From the NCBI GenBank assembly GCA_023819145.1, contig JAMWCW010000009.1:1-63025 (forward strand): 63,025 nucleotides of DNA. Reading direction: 5' to 3'. Each line of letters starts with the position of its first letter. The stretch's first letter is position 1. This document shows, piece after piece, positions 56,028 to 63,025 of this stretch. The notes below the pieces were generated by a model. That model saw nothing but the letters and a program-made list of their open reading frames with translations, made no database searches and was not told the origin of the DNA. The DNA is from Candidatus Omnitrophota bacterium. Its GTDB lineage: Bacteria > Omnitrophota > Gorgyraeia > DTHP01. The translations under genes and the position numbers were made by a program.

Positions 56028-57326
56028 CTAACCCTCTTTTAGCGACGATGATAACAATTCCTGTATTTCTTGGGGAAACTGCTCATATAATTTTTGGTCT
56101 AAGCGTAGCGCTTCTCTAAAATCCGCTAATGCCTCTTCTTTTTGATGAAGGTCAAAAAACCTAACTAAGCCCCGAGCAACATAAGCTCTTACATAATCAG
56201 GTTGAATCTCAATAGCTTTGGTATAATCACTGACTGCCGCTAGAATAAACCCTAATTCTTCAAAAACGCTCCCCCGATTGCAATAAGCTAACGCATTATC
56301 CGGTTCAAGTTCAATGGCTTTGTTAAGGTCGCTGATTGCTTCATCATATAACCCCAATTTAAAGTATGCACTACCGCGGTTAGAATAAGCAGAAGCAAGT
56401 CGGGGACTAAGTTCAATAGCTTTGTTAAAATCGCTAATTGCTTCCTTGTATAAACCTAGTTCTTTTTTTGACACTCCGCGACCGCAGTAGGCCTCAGCAA
56501 AATAAGGATTTAATTCAATAGCCTTGTTAAAATCTAAAACTGCCTCCTGATGCAAACCTAATTCTTCTAAAATAACTCCACGGTCGTAATACGCTATATA
56601 ATAATCAGGATTTAGCTCAATTGCCCGGGTATAATTTGCAATCTCTTCTTGATATAAACCTAATTTGCCTCTAGCAGATCCATAATGACAATACCTTACA
56701 GCTAATATTCCTCGCTCATCTAAGCGCTGAATAACCTCATAGCCATTTCTGCGTAAAGAATCCAATAAAGAAGAATTACCTTCTTTCAAATGCCAAATAC
56801 TTGCTTCGCATTGGTAGGTATTATCCCAATTAAAAATCTCACTTTTACCATAAAACATTCCTTCTACAGCCAAATCTAAAAGCATAAATCCTTCTTCTAA
56901 CTCTATTAGATTGGCTACATGTTCCGAAGAAACCAAAATTATTTCTACCTCTAACCCTATTTCTTTCCCCAGAATATAGAAGAGTTCACTATAGCCTACA
57001 CAGTTTGCTCTTTTTTCTCTCAAAACATTGATTAAATCACACATGTCTTCCTGGTAAATTCCAACCACACTCTTTATCATCGATACCAATTGTTCAATTT
57101 TCTCTTCAACAGGTAAGGTCTTTAGTTCTTCCAATTCGGGGAAAACCTCTTTTATCAAACTAACGATTTCTTCTGCTTCCTTTTCATAGCCAATAGCGAA
57201 AAGTGTCTTCTGTAAGTAAGTTACCGATTCTATATCCTTTATCCGTCTTGCCTCTAAAGTCCCAAGAGGAAATAAAATTACGCTTAAAAAAACAATTCCT
57301 GTTATCTTAAGTATAAAACTATTCAT
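56028..57326 (-). CDS. ARR-motif SirB1-like transglutaminase-core + TPR protein (paralog 2)
   Basis: N-terminus MNSFILKITGIVFLSVILFPLGTLEARRIKDIES. The C/H/D candidates are KRANCVGYSELFYILG, EHVANLI and LLDL. It has about 6 TPRs. The ORF track extends to a GTG at 57362; I preferred ATG 57326 because AAGGA lies 9 nt upstream. Confidence 0.7.
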   Translation of the reverse strand: MNSFILKITGIVFLSVILFPLGTLEARRIKDIESVTYLQKTLFAIGYEKEAEEIVSLIKEVFPELEELKTLPVEEKIEQLVSMIKSVVGIYQEDMCDLINVLREKRANCVGYSELFYILGKEIGLEVEIILVSSEHVANLIELEEGFMLLDLAVEGMFYGKSEIFNWDNTYQCEASIWHLKEGNSSLLDSLRRNGYEVIQRLDERGILAVRYCHYGSARGKLGLYQEEIANYTRAIELNPDYYIAYYDRGVILEELGLHQEAVLDFNKAIELNPYFAEAYCGRGVSKKELGLYKEAISDFNKAIELSPRLASAYSNRGSAYFKLGLYDEAISDLNKAIELEPDNALAYCNRGSVFEELGFILAAVSDYTKAIEIQPDYVRAYVARGLVRFFDLHQKEEALADFREALRLDQKLYEQFPQEIQELLSSSLKEG

Positions 57327-57435
57327 TATTCTATTTTCCTTCGTGTAACCGCATATACTCACGCGTACGCTGATAATACTCCTGATAGACTTGTTTGAAA
57401 TAGTCCGCGTATAATTCTGATCATCAAAATTCAGT

Positions 57436-58695
57436 TTATTTTCTGAGTAACTCTTTTATTTCCTGAGGAAGTAAATCATATAAATCGGGATTTAATAAAA
57501 CAGCAGTTTTTAAATCCTGAATCGCTTCTTCAAATTGACCTAACCTATAGCGCACTAGTCCGCGTGCGGAGAAAGCTGAGGCTAAAAACGGATTTAAGAC
57601 AAGCGCTTCTGTATAATCTGAAATTGCTTCCTCCAATTGGCCTAATTTAACTCTCAAGTTTCCCCGATTTAAAAACGCTAAAGCATAATCAGGTTTTAGT
57701 TCAATGGCTTTATCAAAATCATTCATTGCTTCTAAATATCGTCCTAGTTTATACCAACTAATACCACGATTTAAAAATGCCAATGCGTAATCGGGCTTAA
57801 GTTCAAGAGCTTTTGTATAGTCGCTTATTGCTTCCATAAACTGCCCTAAATCATGTCTTACAATACCGCGATTGTAGAAAGCTTCCGCTAAAGTAGGATT
57901 TAATTCTATAGCTTTTGTAAAATCTAAAATTGCCTCTTCTAACTGTTTTAACTGCACTCTGGCAACTCCGCGATTGCAAAAGGCGAAAGAAAAATCGGGC
58001 TTAAGTTCAAGAGCTTTTGTATAGTAAATAACCGCTTCGGCAAAATAACCTAAGTCATGTCTGGCAACTCCACGGTTATAATGCCTGCCAGCAACGATCT
58101 CTTGTTCGTTCAAACGTGCAGCCAAATTGTATTTCCCAGACAAACCCCTCCCTTCTCTAAACCGCCATAAATTACCATCCTGGACATAATTCTCTCGCCA
58201 AAAAACTGTTATTCCTCTAATATCTAAGAAATCATCGGTTAAATCCACAATCACAAACTGAGAACCAATTCTTATTAAATTTATAGCGTGGTTAGGATAA
58301 ATTAAAATTATCTCTGCCTCCAGACCAATCTCTTTACCCAGAACATAAAAAAGTTGACTATAGCCAAAACAATTCGCTTTTTCTTCTCTCAAAACTGCAG
58401 TTAATTCAAAGGTACCTTGCTCATAAGTTTTAATCTTCTCCTTTATCATCAAAGCCAGTTGTTCAATTCTTTCCTCAACAGGTAATGTCTTTAGTTCCTC
58501 CAAATCAGGAAAAACCTCCTTTATCAAAGCAATAATTTCTTCTACCTTCTCTTCGTAGCCGATAGCAAGAAGCGTCTGGTGTAAGGAAGTTTTTGCTTCA
58601 ATATCCTTTACCCGTCTTGCCTCAGTTGAAAAAGTGCATAAAAATAATAAGCTCAAAATTAAAAAACAATAGGTTTTTATCTTAATTTTTTTCAT
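57436..58695 (-). CDS. ARR-motif SirB1-like transglutaminase-core + TPR protein (paralog 3)
   Basis: N-terminus MKKIKIKTYCFLILSLLFLCTFSTEARRVKDIEA. The C/H/D candidates are EKANCFGYSQLFYVLG, NHAINLI and IVDL. It has about 6 TPRs. Confidence 0.75.
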   Translation of the reverse strand: MKKIKIKTYCFLILSLLFLCTFSTEARRVKDIEAKTSLHQTLLAIGYEEKVEEIIALIKEVFPDLEELKTLPVEERIEQLALMIKEKIKTYEQGTFELTAVLREEKANCFGYSQLFYVLGKEIGLEAEIILIYPNHAINLIRIGSQFVIVDLTDDFLDIRGITVFWRENYVQDGNLWRFREGRGLSGKYNLAARLNEQEIVAGRHYNRGVARHDLGYFAEAVIYYTKALELKPDFSFAFCNRGVARVQLKQLEEAILDFTKAIELNPTLAEAFYNRGIVRHDLGQFMEAISDYTKALELKPDYALAFLNRGISWYKLGRYLEAMNDFDKAIELKPDYALAFLNRGNLRVKLGQLEEAISDYTEALVLNPFLASAFSARGLVRYRLGQFEEAIQDLKTAVLLNPDLYDLLPQEIKELLRK

Positions 58696-58722
58696 CTTTT
58701 TCTTATTAATAAACTAGAGTAA

Positions 58723-60198
58723 CTAATAGACCAGACAGTAATCACTGGAATTTTTTCTATAGCAGATGTATTCTCTGCCATCTTCCTTAGTCCGCCATAT
58801 GCTACTTATACATGTATCACCGTATTCGGTATTTAGAAACACACGCTCTTTTAGCAATAAATAATTATAGAGTGGCAAAAGATTACCCTTTTCTATTTCT
58901 TTGATAACGTAAGCCCTCAACAATTCTGGAGTAGTAACAAAACGGGAGAACATCTCTGCAAAGGTCTCGTGGAAAATAATCGTCTCACTTAAATTCCTTG
59001 ATTTACTATTGTAAAAAGATTCCAAGAATTCGACATCTCCACGGAAACCATTTTTGTAGAAATTAATACCCCCTACAAAATCTTCAAAGATGTGCCCAAT
59101 TTCATGAACTAATATATAACCACTTGCTGACTTAAACAGGTCAATCTGAGACATGCCAAAGAATAAAAAATCAACATAAAAGGCTAATCCTGTAGAAATA
59201 CTCGGTATCCCGGGGTAGATAAAATCTGAATAACTACCTTCCAAAAATCTTATGCGATTTACTGCCTTGAGTATGTCTTTCGGGAGCAATTGAAGAGCAA
59301 AGGCTAGAGCTTTAATTTCTTCAAGCTCAAACTTTCTTAAATTCTGTTCTCCACCAATCTGGATACCGCTTTCTCTTGCAGCCGTAAGGAAGTTTTCTAT
59401 CAGATTGTCTTTGAAATTTTCACCCTGATTAAATTTGTATCCCCCATCAACATCTTTTCCCCATAACCGCAGGACAAGATAGGAAAAATCAGGAATAATT
59501 GCGTAGGCGGGATAGCGACTATTAGTGTTTAGTGCTAAATCTCTTACCTCTCTTGCTGAAGTTATAAGTTTATCCTTTTGGATAAATTCTGCCAAAAGAG
59601 GATTATACATAAACTGCCATTTTTCTTCCTCCGGTTTTTTATAGGCCACAAAAGTCATCGCTCGGATGCCTTTTTCGGTAACAGTTGGGACTGTAACCAA
59701 ACGCACATCATCTCCTGCCGCCCTAAGGGCAAGGGCTTGAACAAAAATTAATTCCTCTAAAGTAGCATCTTTATTATTAAGTAATGTATTTAAAGGCCTG
59801 CAAACAAAATCAGAATTAAAAATCTTAGGTATTAAACCTTCCGCAGAAATGTCAAAAATAGAAGAGTAGCGGGTTATTTCTTCAGTAAGTGTAAGTATTT
59901 TATCGGCGGTATCATAGTAAAATAAAGTTTCTAATTCTTCTTCCAACAATGTTTCTCTTGCCCTTAAATCAGGAAAATTTCTCCCGACATATGTCATAGT
60001 AAAGGACATTCCCTCAAGGTTTAAAATATATTCTTGGTTATCCTCTGCAGTAATAGAAGAAATAGGTATATCCGATGGAATTTCATATACTTTGTTTACT
60101 GTATCTGAGAATCCTAATCCACAATTAAATACGAAAGTAAAAATGATAATAATTATAAACATATTTCTGCCTTTTCTTGTGAAATAATCTTCCACCAT
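58723..60198 (-). CDS. Putative secreted zinc metallopeptidase (HExxH), no ARR motif
   Basis: Signal-like N-terminus (RKGRNMFIIIIIFTFVFNCGLGFS). It carries ILVHEIGHIFEDF (HExxH), and a downstream FHETFAEMF could supply a third ligand. Family not recognised. Confidence 0.5.
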   Translation of the reverse strand: MVEDYFTRKGRNMFIIIIIFTFVFNCGLGFSDTVNKVYEIPSDIPISSITAEDNQEYILNLEGMSFTMTYVGRNFPDLRARETLLEEELETLFYYDTADKILTLTEEITRYSSIFDISAEGLIPKIFNSDFVCRPLNTLLNNKDATLEELIFVQALALRAAGDDVRLVTVPTVTEKGIRAMTFVAYKKPEEEKWQFMYNPLLAEFIQKDKLITSAREVRDLALNTNSRYPAYAIIPDFSYLVLRLWGKDVDGGYKFNQGENFKDNLIENFLTAARESGIQIGGEQNLRKFELEEIKALAFALQLLPKDILKAVNRIRFLEGSYSDFIYPGIPSISTGLAFYVDFLFFGMSQIDLFKSASGYILVHEIGHIFEDFVGGINFYKNGFRGDVEFLESFYNSKSRNLSETIIFHETFAEMFSRFVTTPELLRAYVIKEIEKGNLLPLYNYLLLKERVFLNTEYGDTCISSIWRTKEDGREYICYRKNSSDYCLVY

Positions 60199-60253
60199 AG
60201 ATCACAAAAAGAATCCAATCTATTTTTAACATTTCTAAAATATTATCTCTTAT

Positions 60254-62170
60254 CTAAGGAAAAGAAATCTTTACGATACTTTTCCTTACCGCATCAGCCA
60301 CATAGATAATGCCATCTTTTTCAAGCATACCACCCTGAGGTCTGACTATACTGCCAAAAGCAATATTTTTATACTCGCCTGTTAGCAAATCAATTATTAC
60401 CAGGTGATTATCTTGTAAATCAATTACATAGATAATCCCATCTATCTCAACCATCTCTTCTGGTTTAATCAGGCTTCCCCAAGCAATATCCTCATAGTCA
60501 CCGCTTTCTAAATCAACCCTCACCAGGCATCCTTTTCCCCAGTCGGCCAAATAAGCGATCCCCTCTTTTACAACAATATCTTGAGGTGTAACCAAACTAC
60601 CAGCAGCAATATCTCGGCATTCACCGCTTTCTAAGTCAATTCTCACCAACCAACCTTTTCTCCAATCCGTTACATAAACAACTCCTTCTTTTCCTATCAT
60701 TTGCCGAGGCTCAATCAGACTCCCCGGAAAAATATTCTGATATCCACCGTTGTTTAAATCTATCTTTACCAAACCCTGTTTTCCAGCATCAGCCACGTAG
60801 ATAAAATTACCATTTTTTACCATTGAACACGGATCAAGTAAACTTCCGGGGGCAATATCTTGAAACATCCCATTGCTTAAGTCTATTCTTACGAGGCACT
60901 GCTTTCCCCAATCAGCTACATACATAAAATTATCCTCCAATACCATATGAACAGGATCGCTCAAGCTCCCTGGGGCAATATCTTGAGATAGGCCACTGTG
61001 TAAGTCTATTTTAACTAAACATCCTTTACCCGCATCAGCAACATAAATATAATCTCCTTCCATCACTGTAAACCGCGGATTAATCAAATTACCGGTCGCA
61101 ATATCTTCTACCCTTAAACTCCGGAGTTCTAACTGCCTATAGGCTTGAGATTCTCGGTTTTTAACTAATATATTATTAATAAAATCGCTCAATTTATCCA
61201 CTGTAGGCTTTCCTCCATCAGCAACAGAAGAGAGGGTATTCGCAGTTATTTCTTCTCTAAATAAACCGATAAAATCTTGCAATTTATCTATATTTTCATC
61301 CACAATATAACCATTTAACCCCCATTCTGCCAGATAACTCTTAAAACCTTCTTCTAAGATATTAGATATCTCTCTATCGCTAAAACCGTTCCTGAGCGAG
61401 TGATAGGTTAAAGTAATCACCCACTCGCAGATTGCCTGGCCAACGGAAAAATAAAGGTAATCATAAGGGTCAATTTTAGAAACATGGGCAAAATCCCTTA
61501 AGCCCGATAGACCTATATTGGAATAACACAAATTTTCTGCAAGCTTTTCTATGCCGCCGAGGGGATAATAATTCCAAAACCATTTTCTGCCGGAACCTCG
61601 TTCATGGGTTAGCGGAGAAAGCGATTTATGCAAGTAACCTACCTGAAGTAAACGGGCAAATTGGGTTATGGAACGCAGAGCACATTCTTTCATCTTCTCG
61701 ACATCTTTTATATCCTCAGGATAAATAAAATAATCCTCAGGTGCAATATAGGTTATATACTGGTAGGAACTATCTACAACAGTTGGTTCTCCGTGGAGCT
61801 TACCTTGGTATTTAAAGATAAAGATGCCATTTTCGCTTATCACAAATGGAACAAAATCTAAACCCCTGGTGTTCAATTCCCGTAACATTTCTGCTTCCTT
61901 TTCTAATTCAGCCAAAGATTCTCCTTTTCTTAAGAATTTAAACGCCTGCACTAGACCATTGCCAAGAGGTATAACTGCAGTGCGGGAATGCCAGCTAGAG
62001 GAAGAAAGATTCTCCAGATACGATGGTAATTCCCTATTAGATAAAAAAACGCTGTATGGAACAACCTGCTCATTTATGATATGCACTCTACGGGCAAAAG
62101 CTGGTTGCCAAGAAAAGATAATCAACACCAAAATAACCAACCATTTAATTTTTAAACCAAAAACCTTCAT
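60254..62170 (-). CDS. ARR-motif protein: N-terminal kinase-like(?) domain + C-terminal 7-bladed beta-propeller (NHL-like 41-aa repeats)
   Basis: N-terminus MKVFGLKIKWLVILVLIIFSWQPAFARRVHII. The mid region has AFKFLRKGES, ELEKEAEMLREL, GYLHKSLSPLTH and SGLRDFAH, a layout resembling a protein-kinase-like fold (speculative). The C-terminal 278 aa form 7 repeats. Confidence 0.65.
   Translation of the reverse strand: MKVFGLKIKWLVILVLIIFSWQPAFARRVHIINEQVVPYSVFLSNRELPSYLENLSSSSWHSRTAVIPLGNGLVQAFKFLRKGESLAELEKEAEMLRELNTRGLDFVPFVISENGIFIFKYQGKLHGEPTVVDSSYQYITYIAPEDYFIYPEDIKDVEKMKECALRSITQFARLLQVGYLHKSLSPLTHERGSGRKWFWNYYPLGGIEKLAENLCYSNIGLSGLRDFAHVSKIDPYDYLYFSVGQAICEWVITLTYHSLRNGFSDREISNILEEGFKSYLAEWGLNGYIVDENIDKLQDFIGLFREEITANTLSSVADGGKPTVDKLSDFINNILVKNRESQAYRQLELRSLRVEDIATGNLINPRFTVMEGDYIYVADAGKGCLVKIDLHSGLSQDIAPGSLSDPVHMVLEDNFMYVADWGKQCLVRIDLSNGMFQDIAPGSLLDPCSMVKNGNFIYVADAGKQGLVKIDLNNGGYQNIFPGSLIEPRQMIGKEGVVYVTDWRKGWLVRIDLESGECRDIAAGSLVTPQDIVVKEGIAYLADWGKGCLVRVDLESGDYEDIAWGSLIKPEEMVEIDGIIYVIDLQDNHLVIIDLLTGEYKNIAFGSIVRPQGGMLEKDGIIYVADAVRKSIVKISFP
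60257..61090 (-). repeat. Seven tandem 123-nt (41-aa) coding repeats = propeller blades
   Basis: The units have the form SL.(D/E)P..MV..g..iYVADwGK.cLVrIDL.sG...dIA.G, six of 41 aa plus a last unit of 32 aa. They are diverged at the DNA level. Confidence 0.8.
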
Positions 62171-62212
62171 CTTAAACCTTATCCTTTCCGCTTTATAAAA
62201 TATTCACTGTTA

Positions 62213-63025
62213 TCATTTATCTAATAATGCTCGTATTTCTTTAGGAAACTGCTCAGATAACTTCGGGTCTAAGCGCAATGCTTCTCTAAAATCTGCTAAT
62301 CCCTCTTCTTTTTGATAAAGGTTGAAAAACCTAACTAAGCCCCGAGCAACATAAACTTTTGCATAATCAGGTTGAATCTCAATAGCCCTTGTGTAATCAT
62401 TGAGGGCATCATCGTATAAACCTAATGCAGTTTTTACAGCGCCGCGCCCGAAATAGGCGTCAGTATAATTAGGATTGAGCCCAATCGCCTTTGTGTAATC
62501 CTCAATCGCCTCTCTATGCATACCTAATTCTGCCAAACAATTACCACGTTCGTAATATACGGTACAATCATTTGGGTCAAGTTTAATAGCCTGGTTGTAG
62601 TACGCTATGGCCTGTTTGAAACGACCCAAAATCGCCTCATTAAATCCGTAGCTAAAATATCTGGCTGCGATTATACCATCATCATTTATTCTTTCGATTA
62701 ATTTGTATCCTCCTAATATATCATTTAAGGGATTATCTTCTTTTAAACGCCATAATGATCGGGAAACCTTTTCATAAATTTCTTCCCAGATAAAAACAGG
62801 ACCCTGATAAATAATATCAGGGGCTAAATCTAAAATTGTATAGCCATGACCTAATTCAAACAAATTTGCTACGTGCGTAGGAAAAACTGAAATTATTTCT
62901 ACCTCTAAACCTATGCTCTTACCTAAAACATAAAAAAGTTGACTATAGCCAAAACAATTCGCTTTTTCTTCTCTCAAAACTGCAGTTAATTCAAAGGTAC
63001 CTTGCTCATAAGTTTTAATCTTCTC
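62213..63025 (-). CDS. SirB1-like transglutaminase-core + TPR protein (paralog 4), 5' end beyond window
   Basis: The frame is open to the window end: EKIKTYEQGTFELTAVLREEKANCFGYSQLFYVLGKSIGLEVEIISVFPTHVANLFELGHGYTILDL... plus about 5 TPRs. The M at 62977 in the ORF track is an internal TTG. Confidence 0.75.
   Translation of the reverse strand, partial: EKIKTYEQGTFELTAVLREEKANCFGYSQLFYVLGKSIGLEVEIISVFPTHVANLFELGHGYTILDLAPDIIYQGPVFIWEEIYEKVSRSLWRLKEDNPLNDILGGYKLIERINDDGIIAARYFSYGFNEAILGRFKQAIAYYNQAIKLDPNDCTVYYERGNCLAELGMHREAIEDYTKAIGLNPNYTDAYFGRGAVKTALGLYDDALNDYTRAIEIQPDYAKVYVARGLVRFFNLYQKEEGLADFREALRLDPKLSEQFPKEIRALLDK

Noticed and set aside
48550-63025. Interpreting the conserved R-R as a twin-arginine (Tat) export signal
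   Set aside because: In Tat signals the S/T-R-R-x-F-L-K motif precedes the hydrophobic region. Here R-R follows it, immediately after an Ala (Cys in one variant) at the -1-like position, and the n-regions lack RR.
48550-63025. ARR signature as a dispersed DNA repeat or mobile-element scar
   Set aside because: The three residues are encoded by at least five different codon combinations, and flanking DNA is dissimilar outside the TPR paralogs. The conservation is at the peptide level.
1-63025. Search for tRNA, rRNA, tmRNA-like or riboswitch-like elements in the few spacers longer than 100 nt (2939-3330, 7339-7498, 23874-23980, 25648-25795, 52500-52635, 53344-53609)
   Set aside because: I could find no cloverleaf-compatible sequence, no conserved T-loop (GTTCGAATC-type) and no extended GC-rich structured segment by eye. 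A covariance-model scan (Infernal/Rfam, tRNAscan-SE) would be needed to exclude small ncRNAs.

Overview
This is a 63,025-nt AT-rich bacterial chromosome segment; by eye the GC content is in the high 30s percent, but I did not compute it. It is almost entirely unidirectional: about 60 genes lie on the minus strand and only two on the plus strand (a ybaK-like gene at 25796-26266 and rpmB at 40298-40528). I saw no rRNA, tRNA or CRISPR array. The gene content indicates a diderm, LPS-producing bacterium. The many enzyme fusions would fit a small-genome uncultured lineage, but taxonomy cannot be settled from this window.

Layout:
(1) 1-5.3 kb is an accessory patch. It holds a truncated secreted protein, an 803-aa repeat-containing envelope protein driven by a consensus TTGACA-N17-TATAAT promoter, decayed small genes, and a two-gene nucleotidyltransferase cassette bracketed by two attC-like palindromic direct repeats.
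(2) 5.3-25.6 kb is an LPS inner-core / lipid A block. It contains DUF1846, kdsC-kdsD-kdsA-kdsB, a heptose kinase, a DHS-like protein, DUF3108, four GT9 heptosyltransferase domains, two GT4 domains, two LpxL-type acyltransferases and lpxK. Three of its genes are Rosetta-stone fusions.
(3) 26-48.5 kb is housekeeping: a circularly permuted PHP phosphoesterase, yceD-rpmF-plsX-fabHDG-acpP-fabF, ackA-pta, coaD, rsmD, recG, an O-antigen-ligase-like protein, recJ, a permease, aroK/aroC/pilD/aroE and leuA.
(4) 48.5-63 kb is the candidate novel system. It is a co-oriented island of about 14 genes with otherwise unrelated domains: a radical SAM enzyme, two UPF0489/arginase-fold-like proteins, four SirB1-like transglutaminase-core+TPR paralogs, a PD-(D/E)XK nuclease, an HExxH protein, a kinase-like+7-bladed-propeller protein and several unknowns. 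Most of their products start with one hydrophobic helix followed immediately by a conserved A-R-R-[VIL]-[KRH] signature. The signature is encoded by different codons in different genes. It fits neither Tat, lipobox nor prepilin signals.

All calls are from manual reading of the sequence and the ORF track. No searches or computations were run.
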